Part shown: positions 41,865-56,700 of the stretch, piece by piece
Layout of the letters: the number at the start of each line of letters is the position of its first letter
Position numbering within the stretch: the first letter of the stretch is position 1
NCBI RefSeq assembly: GCF_009914755.1
Contig: NC_060945.1
DNA: 64,000 bases
Strand: one strand, 5' to 3'
From: the human T2T-CHM13v2.0 reference genome, Homo sapiens
Program-made: the position numbers and the translations under genes
Notes under the pieces: model-generated
What the model was told of the DNA's origin: nothing
What the model saw: the letters and a program-made list of their open reading frames with translations, nothing else
Database searches by the model: none

Positions 41865-44800
41865 GGAATGGAATGGAATGGAATGGATTCAACTGGAATG
41901 GAATGGAAAGGAATGAAACGGTATGGAAAGAAAGGAATTGAATAGAAAGGAAGGGAATGGAAAGGAATTTATTGGAAAGGAATGGAATGGAAAGGAATGG
42001 AATCAACTGAAAAGAAAGGAATGGAATGGAATGGAATGGAATGGAATGGTAGAGAATGCGAAGGAATGGTAGGGAATGGAATGGAACGATAGGGAATGGA
42101 ATGCAACGGAATGGAATCAACACGAGTTGTATGGAATGGAATGTAATGGAACGGAATGTAGTGGAACTGAATCCAGTGGAATGGAATGGAATTGAATGGA
42201 ATGGAATAGAATGGTATGGAATGTAATGGAGTCAAGCCGAGTGGAATGGAATGGATTGGTCTAGAATGGAAATGAATGGATTGTAAAGGAATGGAATGGA
42301 ATAGAATGGAATGGAACAGAATAAAACAGAATTGAATAAACACGAGTGGAGTGGAAAGGAATGAAATGGAATGGAATGGAATGGAACGAAATCGAATGGA
42401 ATGGAATGGAATCAACCCGATTGGAATGGAATGGAATGGAAACGAATGGAATGGAAACGAATGGAATGGAATCAATGGGAATGGAATGCAATGGATTGGA
42501 ATGGAATGGAATGGAATGGAATGAACCCGAGTGGGAAGGAGTGAAATGGAATGGAATGCAATGGACTGGAATGGAATGGAATGGAATGGATTGGAATGGA
42601 ATGGAATGGAATTGAATAAAAGAATTGAATCAACCTGAGTGCAATGGAATGGAATGGAAAGGAATGGAATGGAATGGAATGGAATAGAATGGAATTGAAT
42701 CAACCGGAATGGAATGCGGTGGAATGGAATGGAGAGGAGTCGAATGGAGTGGAATGGAATGGAAAGGAGTGGAATGGAATGGAATGGAATAGAATGGAAT
42801 TGAATCAACCGGAACGGAATGCAGTGGAATGGAATGGAATGGAATGGAATGGAATGGAATGGAATGGAATGGAATGGAATTGAGTGAACTCTAATGGAAT
42901 GAAGTGGAATGGAGGGGAATGGAATGGAATGGAATCAACACGAGTGGAATGGAATGGAATGGAACAGAATGGAGTGGAATGGAATTGAATCAACCCGAGT
43001 GGAATGGAATTGAATTGAATGGAAAGGAATGGAATTGAATAGAATGGAATTGAATCCACCAAATTGGAATGAAATGGAATGGAATGGAATGGAATGGAAT
43101 GGAATCAACTGGAATGGAAAGGAATGTAATTGACTCAACTGGAATGGAATGGAATGGAATGGAATAGAATGGAATTAAACCAACAGGAATGGAATGGATT
43201 GGAATGGAATAGTGTGGAAAGGAATGGAATTGAATCAACTGGAATGGAATGGAATGGAATGGAAATGGAATGGAATCAACCCGACGGGAATGGAATGGAA
43301 TGGAATGGAATAGAATGGAATTGAATTCACTGGAATGGAAAGGAATTCAATGGAATGAAATGGAATGGAATGGAATGAAATGAAATAGAATGGAATTGAG
43401 TCAACTGTATTGGAATGGGTTGTAATGGAATGGAATGGAATTGAGTCAACCCTAGTGGAATGAATGGAATGGAAAGGAATTGAAGGGAATGGAAATGAAT
43501 GGAATGGAATGGATTGGAATCAACTGGAATGCAATGAAATGGACTGCAATGGAATGGAATGGAATAGAAAGGAATTGAATCAACCTGAGGGGAATGGAAT
43601 GGAATGCAATGGAATGGAATGCAATGGAATGGAATGGAATGGAATAGAATGGAATTGAACGAACCAGAATGGAATGGAATCAACCCGACTGGAATGGAAT
43701 GAAATGGAATGGAATGGAATGGAATAGAATGGAATTGAATTAAGCGGAATGGAATGGAATGGAATGGAATGGAATTGAGTCAACTGGAATGGAATGGAAT
43801 GGAATGGAATTGAATGGAGAGGAAAGGATTGGAATGGCATTGAATGGAATGGAATGGAAAGGTATGGTATGGAATCGGATGGAATGGAATGGAATAGAAT
43901 AGAGTGGAATGGTAGGGAATGGAATAGAATGGAATGGAATCCAACCGAATGGAAGGGAATGTAATGTAATGGAATGGAATGGAATAGAGTGTAATTGAAT
44001 CCACTGGAATGGAATGGAATATAAAGGAAAGGAATGTAATGTAATTGAAAGGAATGTAATTGAATGGAATGGAATGGATTGGAAAGGAATGGAATCAACT
44101 GGAATGGAATGTAGTGGAATGGAACAGAATGGAATGGAATGGTACGAAATGCAATGAAATGGTATAGAATGGAATGGAATGGTAGGGAAAGGAGTGGAAT
44201 GGAATGGAATCAACACGAGTGGAATGGAAAGGAATGGAATGGAATAGAATGGAATCAATTGGAATGCAATGGAATGGAAATAAATCAACCGGAGTGGAAT
44301 GGAATGGAATGGAAGGGAACGGATTAGAATGGAATGAACTGTAAAGGTATGGAATGGAATGGCATGAAAAAGAATGGAATGTATGGGAAAGGAATCGAAT
44401 GGAATTGAATCAACCTGGGGGGATAGAATGGAATGGAATGGAATGGAATGGAATGGAATGGAATAGAATGGAATGGAAACAACGCGAGTGGAATGGAGTG
44501 GAATGGATTGGATTGGAATGGAATGGAATGCAATGGAATGGAATGGAATGGAATGGAATGGAATGCAATGGAATGGAATGGAATGGAATGCAATGGAATT
44601 CAAAAGAATGGAATGGAATGGAATGGAAAGGAATCTACCCAAATAGAATAGAATGGAATAGAATGCAATGGAATGGAAAGGAATAAATCCGAATAGAATG
44701 GAATGGAATAGAATCAACACTAGTTGAATAGAACGGAATGGAATAGAATGGAATGGAATGGAATGCAATGGAATGGAATGGAATGGAATGGAATGGAGAG

Positions 44801-46592
44801 GGGTGGAATGGAATAGAAATTTATTGAATCAAACCCAATGGAATGTATTGGGATGGAATGGAATGGAATGGAATGGAATGGGATAGAATGGAATCGAATA
44901 GAATAGAAAGGAATTGAATAAACCCGAGTTGATTGGAAAAAAATGAAATGGAATGGAAAGGAAAAAAATGGATTTGAATCAACCCGAGTGGAATGGTATG
45001 GAATGGAATGGAATAGAATGAAATGGAAACAACCCAAGTGGAAAGGAATGGAAGCGAATGAAATTGAATGGAACAGAATGGAATGTAATGGACTGGAATA
45101 GAATGGAATTTATCAACCCGAGTGGAAAGGAATGGAATGGAATGGAATGGAATGGAATGGAATGGAAGGAAATGGAATAGAATCAAGCCGAGTTGAATGC
45201 AATGGAATGCAATGGAATGGAATAGAATCAACCCGAGTGGAAAGTAATGGAATGGAATGGAAAGGAATGGAATGGAATGGATTCGAATAGAAGCAACACG
45301 AGTGGAATGGAATGGAATGGAATGGAATGAAATCAACCCAAGTGGATTGGAATGGAATGGAATGGGATGGAATGGAATCAAACCGAGTGGAGTGGAATGG
45401 AATGCAATGGAATGGAATCGAATGGAAAGGAATAGAATGGAATTGAATTAACCCAAGTTTAGTGGAATAGAATGGAATGATATGGATTGGAATAGAATGG
45501 ATTTGAATGGAATGGAATGGAAAGGAATGGAACTGAATCAGCCCAAGTGGAATGGAATGGAATGGAATGGAATTGAATGGAATTTAATGGAATGGAATCA
45601 ACCCCAGTGGAATGGAATGGGAAGGAATGGAATGGAATGGAATGGAATGGAATGGAATGGAATGGAATTGAATAGAGTGGGATGGAATAGAATGGAATGG
45701 AATCAACCAGAGTGGAATGGAATGGAATGCAATAGAATAGAATGGAATGGAATGTTAGGAATGCAATAGAATGGAATGGAATCAACTCGAGTGGAATGGA
45801 AAGGAATTGAGTGGAATGCAATAGAATTTAATGGAATCCACTAGAGTGGAATGGAATGGTATGGAAAGGAGTGAAATGCCATAGAACGGATTTGAATCAA
45901 CCCGAGTGGAGTGGAGTGGAATGGAATGGAATGGAATGGAATGGAATTCAATCAACCCGAGTGGAATGGAATGGAATGGAATGGAATGAAATGGAATGGA
46001 ATGGAATGCAATGGAATTCAATAGAATGGAATTGAATCAACACGTGTGTAATGGAATGGAATGGAATGGAATGGAATGGAGTGGAATGGAACAGAAATTT
46101 ATTGAATAAACCCGAGTGGAATGCAACGGGATGGAATGGAATGGAATAGAATGGGATTGAATCAACCAGAGTGGAATGGAATGGAACAGAAAGAAATGGA
46201 TTGGAATGGAATGGAATAGAATGGAATTGAAACAACGCGAGTGGAACGGAATGGAAGGGAATGGAATTGAATGGAACCGAATGTAATGTAATGGAAAGGA
46301 ATAGAATGGAATTTATCAACCTGAGTGGAATGGAATGGAATGGAATGGAATGGAATGGGATGGAATAGGATGGAAATGAATCTAACCAAGTGGAATGCAA
46401 TGGAATGGAATGGAATGGAATGGAATCAACATTTTGGAGTGGAATGGAATGGAATGGAATAAACCGGAGTGGAAAGGAATGGAATGGAACGGTATTCCAT
46501 GGAATCAACACGAGTGGATTGGAATGGAATGGAAGGGAATACAATGGAATGGAATGCAATGGAATAGAATGGAATGGAATCAACCCGAGTGA

Positions 46593-47161
46593 AATGGAAT
46601 GGAATGGAATGGAATGGCATTGAACGGAATGGAAATGAATCGATTGGAATGGAATGCAATCAACACAAGTGGAATGGAATGCAAAGGAATGGAATCGAAT
46701 GGAATGGAATCAACACGAGTGGAATGGAATGGAATGGAATGGAAAGGAAAAGTATGAAATTGAAAAAACACGTAAGGAATGGAAAGGAATGGAATCGAAT
46801 CAAATGGAATGGAATGGAATGGAGTGGAATGGAGTGGAATACAATGGAATTGAATCAACACGAGTGCAATGGAATTGAATGGAATGGAAAGGAATGGAAT
46901 GGAATGGAAAGGAATGGAATCAACGCGAATGGAATGGAATGGAATGGAATGGAATGTAGGGAAAAGCAATAGAATGGAACTGATTCAACCCGAGTGGAAT
47001 GGAATGGAATGGAATAGAATGGAGTGGAATGGAATAGAATTGAATTGAATTAAAGTGAGTGGAATGGAATGGAATGGAATTTAATGGAATGAAATAGAAT
47101 TCAATTGAATCAAACCGAGTGGAATTTAACGGAATGGAATGGAATGGAATGGAATGGAATG
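46593..47161 (+). repeat. Copy 1 of a ~570-bp near-identical dispersed duplication
   Basis: Matches 50,162-50,730 at offset 3,569, with about 3 mismatches by eye. Shared rare strings include GGAAAAGTATGAAATTGAAAAAACACGTAAGG and GTAGGGAAAAGCAATAG. ORF pairs 46,574/50,143 and 46,654/50,223 have the same offset. Confidence 0.9.
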
Positions 47162-50161
47162 AAATGAAATTGAATGGAATGGAATAGAATGGAATTGAAT
47201 CAACCCGAGTGGAATGGAATGGAATGGAATGGAAAAGAATGGAATCGAATGGAATAGAATAGAATGGAATTTAATCAACACGAGTGGAATGGAATGGAAT
47301 GGAATGAAATGGAATGGAATGCAATGGAATAGAATGGAATTAAATCAACACGAATGGAATGGAATGGAATGGAATGGAATGGAATGGAATTGAAACAACC
47401 CGAGTGGAATGGAATGGAATGGAATGGAATAGATTGGAATGGAATGGAATGGAAAGATTTGAATCAACATGAGACGAATGGAATGGAATGGAGTGGAGTG
47501 GAGTGGAGTGGAGTGGAGTGGAATGGAATGGAATTGAATGCAAAGGAAAGGAATGGAATGGAAAGGAATGGAATGGAATCAACACGAATGGAATGGAATG
47601 GAATGGAATGGAGTGAAATGCAATAGAATGGAATTGAATCAACCCGAGTGGGAATGGAATGGAATGGAATGGAATGGAATGGAATGGAATAGAATAAAAT
47701 TTTATCAACCCGTGTGAAATGCAATGGAATGGCATGGAATGGAATGGCATGGAATGGAAAGGAATGGAATGGAATGGAACGGAGTAGAATGGAATTGATT
47801 TAACCAGAGTGGAATGGAATGGAATGGTATAGAATGCAGTGGAATGTAATGGAATGGAATAGAATGGAATTGAATCAACTAAAGTGGAATGGATTGGAAT
47901 GGAATGGAATGGAATAGAAAGGAATTGAAACAACTGGAGTGGAATGGATTGGAATGGAATGCAACGGAACGGAATGGAATGCAGTGGAATTGAATGGAAT
48001 TGAATCAACCCGAGTGCTACGGAATGGAATGGAATGGAAAGGAATGGAATGGAGTGGAATGGAATGGAAAGGAATGGAACGGAATGGAATGGAATGGAAT
48101 CAATTCAACACGAATGGAATGGAATGGAATGGAATGGGGAGGAATGGAATGGAAAGGAATGGAATAGAATGTAATAGAATCAACACCGAGTGGAATGGAA
48201 TGGAATGGAATGGAATGGAATCAACTAGAGTGTAATGGAATAGAATGGAATGGAATGGAATGAAATGGAATGGAATGGAATTAAATGGAATGGAATGGAA
48301 TGGAATGAATTCAACACGAATGGAATGGAATGGAACGGAATGGAATGGAATGGAAAGGAATGGAATGGAAAGGAATGGAATACAATGGAATTGAATTAAC
48401 CCGAGTGGAATGGAATGGAATGCAATTGAATGTAATGGAATGCAACGGAATGGAATGGAATAGAATGCAATTGAATCAAGCCGAGAGGAACGGAATGGAA
48501 TGGAATGGAATGGAACGGAATGGAATGGAATGGAATGGTATCGAATTAACCCGAGTACAATGGAATGGAATGGAAATGTATGGAATGGAATGGAATGGAA
48601 TAGACTGGATTTGAATCAACCAGAGTGGAACGGAATGGAACGGAATGGAATGGAATGGAATGGAATGGAATTGAATTGAATAGTATGGAATTGAAAAAAC
48701 ACGTAAGGAATGGAATGGAATGGAATGGAATGGAATGGAGTGGAATGGAATGGAATTGAATCAACCCGATTGCAATGGAATTGAATGGAATGCAAAGGAA
48801 AGGAATGTAATGTAATGGAATGGAATGGAATAGAAAGATTTGAATAAATCTCAGAGGAATGGAATGGAATGGAAGGGAATGGAATGGAATGGAATGTACT
48901 AGAATGTAATTGAATCAACGCGAGTGGAATGCAGTGGAATGGAATGGAATGGAAAGTAATGCAATGGAATCAACCCGACTGGAATGGAATGGAATGGAAT
49001 GGAATAGAATTTAATAAACCCGTATGAAATGGAATGGAATGGCATGGAATGGAATGGCATGGAATGGAAAGGAATAGAATGGAATGGAACGGAGTAGAAT
49101 GGAATTGATTTAACCCGAGTGGAATGGAATGGAATGGTATGGAATGCAGTGCATTGGAATGGAATGGAATAGAATGGAATTGAATCAACACAAGTGGAAT
49201 GGAATGGAATGAAATGGAAAAGAATGGAATGGAATGGAATGAAATAGAATGGAATTGAAACAACCGGAGGGGAATGGATTGGAATGGAATGGAAAAGAAT
49301 GGAATGGAATGGAATGGAATGGAATGGAATGAAATAGAATGGAATTGAAACAACCGGAGGGTAATGGATTGGAATGGAATTCAATGGAATGGAATGGAAT
49401 GCAGTGCAATAGAATGGAATTGAATCAACCCGAGTGCTATGGAATGGAATGGAATGGAAAGGAATGGAATGGAATGGAATAGAATGGTATTGAATCAACA
49501 CGTGAGGAATGGAATGGAATGGAATGGAATGGAATGGTATGGAATGGAATGGAATAGAATTGAATAAACAAGAGTGTAATGGAATGGAATGGAATGGAAT
49601 GGAATAGAATGGAATTGAATCTACACGAGAAGAATGGAATGGATTGGAATGGAATGGAGTGGAATGGAATGGAATGGAATAAAACCGAGTGGAATGGAAT
49701 GGAATGGAATGGAATGGAATGGAATGGAATGGAATAGAATGAAATTGAATCAACCCGAGTGGAATGGAATGGAATGGAATGGAATTTAATGTAATGGAAT
49801 GGATTGAAATGAAATGGAACGGAATGGAATGGATTGGAATTGAATCAACCCGAGTGGAATGGAATGGAAAGGAATAGAATGGAATGGAGAAGAAGGGAAG
49901 AGAATCAACCCGATTGGAATGGAATGGAATGGCATGGAAAGGAATGGAATGGAATGGAATGGAATGCAATGGAATGGAACAGAATGGAATTGAAAGAATT
50001 GAATCAACCAGAGTAGAATGGAACGGATTGTTATGGAATGGAATGGAGTAGAATGAAATTGTATCAACCAGAGTGGAATGGAATGGAATGGATTGGAATG
50101 GAATGGAATGGAATGGATTGGAATGGACTTGAATAAAGCAGAGTGGAATTTAATGGAATGG

Positions 50162-50730
50162 AATGGAATGGAATGGAATGGAATGGCATTGAACGGAATG
50201 GAATTGAATCGATTGGAATGGAATGGAATCAACACAAGTGGAATGGAATGCAAAGGAATGGAATCGAATGGAATGGAATCAACACGAGTGGAATGGAATG
50301 GAATGGAATGGAAAGGAAAAGTATGAAATTGAAAAAACACGTAAGGAATGGAAAGGAATGGAATCGAATCAAATGGAATGGAATGGAATGGAGTGGAATG
50401 GAGTGGAATACAATGGAATTGAATCAACACGAGTGCAATGGAATTGAATGGAATGGAAAGGAATGGAATGGAATGGAAAGGAATGGAATCAACGCGAATG
50501 GAATGGAATGGAATGGAATGGAATGTAGGGAAAAGCAATAGAATGGAACTGATTCAACCCGAGTGGAATGGAATGGAATGGAATAGAATGGAGTGGAATG
50601 GAATAGAATTGAATTGAATTAAAGTGAGTGGAATGGAATGGAATGGAATTTAATGGAATGGAATAGAATTCAATTGAATCAAACCGAGTGGAATTTAACG
50701 GAATGGAATGGAATGGAATGGAATGGAATG
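50162..50730 (+). repeat. Copy 2 of a ~570-bp near-identical dispersed duplication
   Basis: See 46,593-47,161. The flanks of the two copies do not match each other. Confidence 0.9.
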
Positions 50731-53700
50731 GAATCAACCCGAGTGGAATGGAATGGAATGCAATGGAATGGAATGGAATGGAATAGAATGGAATTGAATC
50801 AACCCGAGTGGGATGGAATGGAATGGAATGCAATGGAATGCAATGGAATAGAATGAAATTGAATCAACCCGAGTGGAAAGGAATGGAATGCAATGGAATA
50901 GAATGGAATGGAATCAACACGAGTGGAATGGAATGGAATGGAATGGAATGGAATGGAATAGAATGGAATTGAATCAACGAAAGAGGAATGGAAAGGAATG
51001 GAATGGAATGGAATGGAATGGAATGGAATAGAAAGGAATTGAATCAACCCGAGTGGATTGGAATGGATTGGAATGCAATGTAGTGGAATGGAGTAGAATG
51101 GAATTGAGTCAACTCGAGTGGAATGGAATGGAATGGAAAGGAAAGGAATGGAATGCAATGGAATGGAATGCAATGGAATCAACCCGAGTGGAATGGAATG
51201 GAATGCAATGTAATGGAATGGAGTGGAATGGAATAGAATGCAATTGAATCAACTCAAGTTGAGTGGAATAGAATGGAATGGAATGGAATGGAATGGAATG
51301 GAATGAAATTCGATCAACGCGGGTGGAATGGAATGGAATTGCATGGAATGAAATGCAATGTTATGGAATGGAATCAACCCGAATGGAATATAATGGAATG
51401 GAATGGAATGCAGTGAAATGGATTGGAAAAGAATAGAATAGAATTGAATCAACCAGAGTGGAATGGAATGGATTGGAATGGAATCAATTTGAATGGAATG
51501 GAATGGAATGGAAAGGAATGAAATGGAAAGAAATGGAATGGAATCCAATGTAATGGAATAGAATGGAATTGCATCAACCCAAATGGAATGGAATGGAATG
51601 GATTCGAATGGAATGGAATGGAATGCAATGGAATGGAATGGAATCAACCCGATTGGATTGGAATGGAATGGAATGAATTGGAGTGGAATGAAATGTATTG
51701 GAATGGAATGGAATGGAATGGAATCGAATGGAATGGAGTGGAATTGATTAGAATGGAATGGAATGGAATGTAATGGAATCAACCCGAATGGAATGCAATG
51801 GAATGGAATGGAATAGAATGGAATGGAATGCAATGGAAGGGTATCAACCAGAGTCGAGTTGAATGCAGTGGAATGGAACGGAATGGAATGGAAAGGAATG
51901 GGATGCAATAGTATGGAAATGAATCAACTGAAATGGAATGGAATTGAATGGAATGGAATGAAATGGAATGGAAAGGAATGGAATGGAATGGAATGGCATG
52001 GAATGGATGGAAAGGAATCAACACGAGTGGAATGGAAAAGAATGGAATGGAATGAAATGGAATGGAATGGAACAGAATGGAATTGAATCAACACGAGTGG
52101 AAGGGAAAGGAATGGAATGGAATTGAATGGAATGAATTGGATTTGAGACAACTGGAATGGAATGGAATGGCATGGAATGTTTTGAAAGGAATCAACCTGA
52201 GTGGAGTGGAATGGAATGGAATGGAATAGAATGGATTGGAATTAACCCAAGTGGAATGGAATGGAATGGAATGCAATGGAATGGAATGGAATGGAAAGGA
52301 ATGGAATAGAATGGAATTGAAAAAACTGAAATGGAAATGAATGGAATTTAATGGTATGGAATGGAATGGAATGGAATGGAGTGGAATGGAATGGAATTGA
52401 ACCAACCCCAGTGGAATGGAATGGAATGTAATAGAATGGAGTAGAATGGAATTGAATCAACAGGAATGGACTGGAATAGAATGGAATGGAATTGAAGCAA
52501 CCCGAGTTGAATGGAATGGAATGGAATGGAATGGAGTGGAATGGAATGCAATGGAAGAGAATGGAATTGAATCAACAGGAATGGAACGGAATGGAATGGA
52601 ATGGAGTGGAATAGAATCAACCCGAGTGGAGAGGAATGGAATGGAATAGAATTGAATTGAATCAAACCGAGTGGAATGGAATGGAATGGACTAGACTGGA
52701 ATGGAATGGAATAGAATGGAATTTAATCAACTGGAATGGAATGGAATGGAATGGAGTAGAATGGAATGGAATAGATTGGAATTGAATGAACTGGAATGGA
52801 ATGGAATGGAATTGAATGGAATTAAATCAATGGTAACGGAATGGAATGGAATGGAATGGAATGGAGTGGAATGGAATGGAATTTAATCAACCCGAGTGGA
52901 ATGCAAAGGAATGGAATGGAGTGCAATAGAATGGAATTGAATCAACGCTGGTGGAATGGAATGGAGTGGAATGGAATGGAATGGAATGGAAGGGAATGGA
53001 ATGGAATAAAATAGAATTGAATCTACCAGAGTGGAAAGGATTGGAATGGAAAGGAATGAAATGGAATGAAACAGAATTGAATTGAAGTAACTCGAGTGGA
53101 ATGGAATGGAAAGGAATGGAATGGAGTATAATGGAATGGGATGGAATGGAATGGAATGGAATGGAATAGAATGGAATGGAATTGAATTGAATTGAATGAA
53201 CAGCAATGGAATGGAAGGACTGGAATGGAATGGAATAGAAAGGAATTGATCTAAGGGAATGGAATGGAATGGAATGGAATGGAATAGAATGGAATAGAAT
53301 GGAATGGAATAGAATTGAATTGAATGAACTGGAATGGAATGGAATGGAATGGAGTAGAATGGAATGAAGTAGAATTGAATCAAGGGGAAAGGAATGGACT
53401 GGAATGGAATGGAATGGAAAGGAATGGAGTGGAATGCAATGGGATTGAGTGAACCCGTGTGGAATGGAATGGAGTGGAATGGAATGGAATGGAATTCAAT
53501 CAAACCAAGGGGAATGGAATGGAATGGAATTGAATGGAGTGGAATAAAAGAGAATGGAATTGAATCAACCCGAGTGGAATGGAATGGAATGGAATGGAAT
53601 GGAATGGAATGGAATGGAATGGAATGCAATGGAATAAAAAAGAAATTAATCAACCCGAGTGGAATGGAATGGATTGGATTGGAATGGAATGGAGTACAAT

Positions 53701-56700
53701 GGAATTGCATCAACTCGAGTGGAATGGAATGGAATCGAATGGAATGGAATGGAACCAACCCGAGTGGAATTGAATGGAATGGAAAGAATGGAATGGAATG
53801 CAATGGAAAGGAATGGAATTGAATCAACCCGAGTTGAGTGGTATGGAATGCAAAGGAATGGAATGCAGTGGAATGGAGTAGAATGGAATTGAATCAACAA
53901 AAGTGGAGTAGAGTGGAATGTAATATAATGGAATGGAATGGAATAGAATGGAATTAAATCAAATCGAGTGGAATGGAATGGAATTGAAGTGAATGGAATG
54001 GAATGGAATGGAATAGAATGGAAATGAATCAACTGGATTGGAATGGAATGGAATTGAAACAAACCAAGTGGAGTGGAATGGAATGGAATGAAATGGAATG
54101 GAATGGAATGGAATAGAATGGAATTGAATGAAGTGGAATGGAATGGAATGGAGTGGAATAGAATTGAATGAAGCTGCGTGGAACGGAATGAACTGGAATG
54201 GAATGGAATGGAATGGAATTGAATGGAATATAATGAAACTGGATCAACCAGAGTGGAAAGGGATGGAATGGAATGTAAAGGAATGGAATGCAATGGATTG
54301 GAAAGGAATGCACTTGAATAAACCCGAATGGAATGGAATGGAATGGAATGGAATGGAATCAACCCGAGTGGAATCGAATGGAATGGAATGCAATGGAATC
54401 AACTGGAAGGGAATTGAATGGAATGGAATGGTATAGATTGGAATTGAATCAATACCAGTGGAATGGAATAGAATGCATTTGAATCAACCCGAGTGCAATG
54501 GAATAGAAAGGAATGGAATGGAATGGAAAGGAATGGAATGGAATGGAATAGAATGAAACTGAATCAAACCGAGGGGAAGGGAATGGAATTGAATGGAATA
54601 GAATGGAATGGAATGGAATAGAAAGGAATTGAATCAACCCGAGTGGAATGTAATGAAATGGAATGGAATGGAATGGAGTGGAGTAGATTGGATTTGAAAC
54701 AAACCGAGTGTAAAGGAAAGGAATGGAATGGAATGGAATAGAATTGAATTCAAACAAAACGAGTGGAATGGAATGGAATGGAATGGAATGGAATGGAATG
54801 GAATGGAATGGATTGGAGTGGAATGGAATGGATTGGAGTGGAATGTAATAGAATGCAGTTGAATCAACCCGATTGGAATGGAATGGAATGGAATGGAATG
54901 GAATGGAACAGAATGCAATTGAATCAACCAGAGAGGAATACAATGGAATGGAATGGAATAGAATGGAATGGAAAATAATGGAATTGAATCAACCTGAGTA
55001 GAATGGAATGGAATGGAATGGAAAGGAATGAAATGGAATGGAACGGAATGGAATAGAATGGAATTCAATCAATCCAAGTGGAATGAAATGGAATGGAATG
55101 AAATGGAATGGAATGGAAAGGAATGGAATGGAATGGAATGGAATGGAATGGAATGCAATGGAATAGAATGGAATGGCATCAACCCGTGTGGAATGGAATG
55201 CAAAGGAATGGATTGGAATGGAATAGAAAGGATTTGAATGGAGTGGAAGGGAATGGAATGGAGTGAAATGGAATAGAATGGAATGGAATCAACCAGAGTG
55301 GAATGGAATGGAATCCAATGCAATGGAATGGATGGAATGCAATAGAATGTAATGGAATCAACTCGAGTGGAACGAAATGGAATTGAATGGAATGCAAAAG
55401 AATGGAATGGAATGCACTCGGTGGAATGGAATGGTATGGAATGGAGTGAAATGCAAAAGAAAGATTTGAATCAACCGGAGTGGAGTTGAGTGGAATGGAA
55501 TAAAATGGAATGGAATGGAATGGAATTTGGTCAACCCGCGTGGAATGGAATGAAATGGAATGGAATGGAATTCAACCGAGTGGAATGGAATGGAATGGAA
55601 TGGAATGGAATGGAATGGAATGGAATGGAATAGAATGGAATTGAGTCAACACGTGTGGAATGGAATGGAATGGAATGGAATGGAATGGAATGGAATGGAA
55701 AGGAATGCAATGGAATAGATTGTAATTGAATCAACGTGAGTGGAATGGAATGGATTGGAATGGAATGGAATGGAATATAACGAAATAGAATCAACGCAAG
55801 TGGAATGGAATGGAATGGTACTGAATGGAATGGAATGGAATAGAATTGAATTAACCCGAGTGGAATGGAATGGAATGGAATGGAATAATATGGAATGGAA
55901 TGGAATTTAATGGAATGGAATAGAATAGAAATGAATCAACCCGAGTGGAATGGAATGAAATGGAATAGAATGGAATGGAATGGAAGAGAGTGGAATTGAA
56001 TCAACCCGAGTGGAAAGGAATGCAATGGACTGGAATGGAATGGAATAGAATGGAATTGAATCAACCCGAGTGGAATGGAGTAGAGTGGAATGGATTGGAA
56101 TGGAAAGGAATGGAATAGTATAAATTGAATCAACCCGTGTGGAATGGAAGGGAATGGAATTGAATGGAACGGAATGGAATGGATTGGGAAGGAATAGAAT
56201 GGAATCAACCCAAGTGGAATGGATTGGAATGGAATGGATTGGAATGGTATGGAATGGAATGGAATAGAATGCAATTGAATCAACATGAATGCAAAGGAAT
56301 GGAATGGAATGGAATAGAATGGAATTGAATCAACCCGAGTAGAATTGAATGGAATGGAATACAATGGAATGTAAGGGAATCAACACGAATGGAATATAAT
56401 GGAAGGGAATGGAATGGAATGGAAGGGAATGAAAAGGAATGGAATGGAATAGAATGGAATTGAATCAACCGGAGTGGATTGCAATGGAATGAAATGGAAT
56501 GAAATGGAATGGAATGGAATGGAATGGAATCAATCTCAATGGAATGGAATGGAATCAATCTCAATGGAATGGAATGGAATGGAATGGAGTGGAATGGAAT
56601 AGAATGGAATGGAATCAAACAGAGTGGAATGGAATGCAATGGAATGGAATGGAATGGAATGGTTGAATTGCAATAGAATGGAATGGAATCTACTCGAGTG

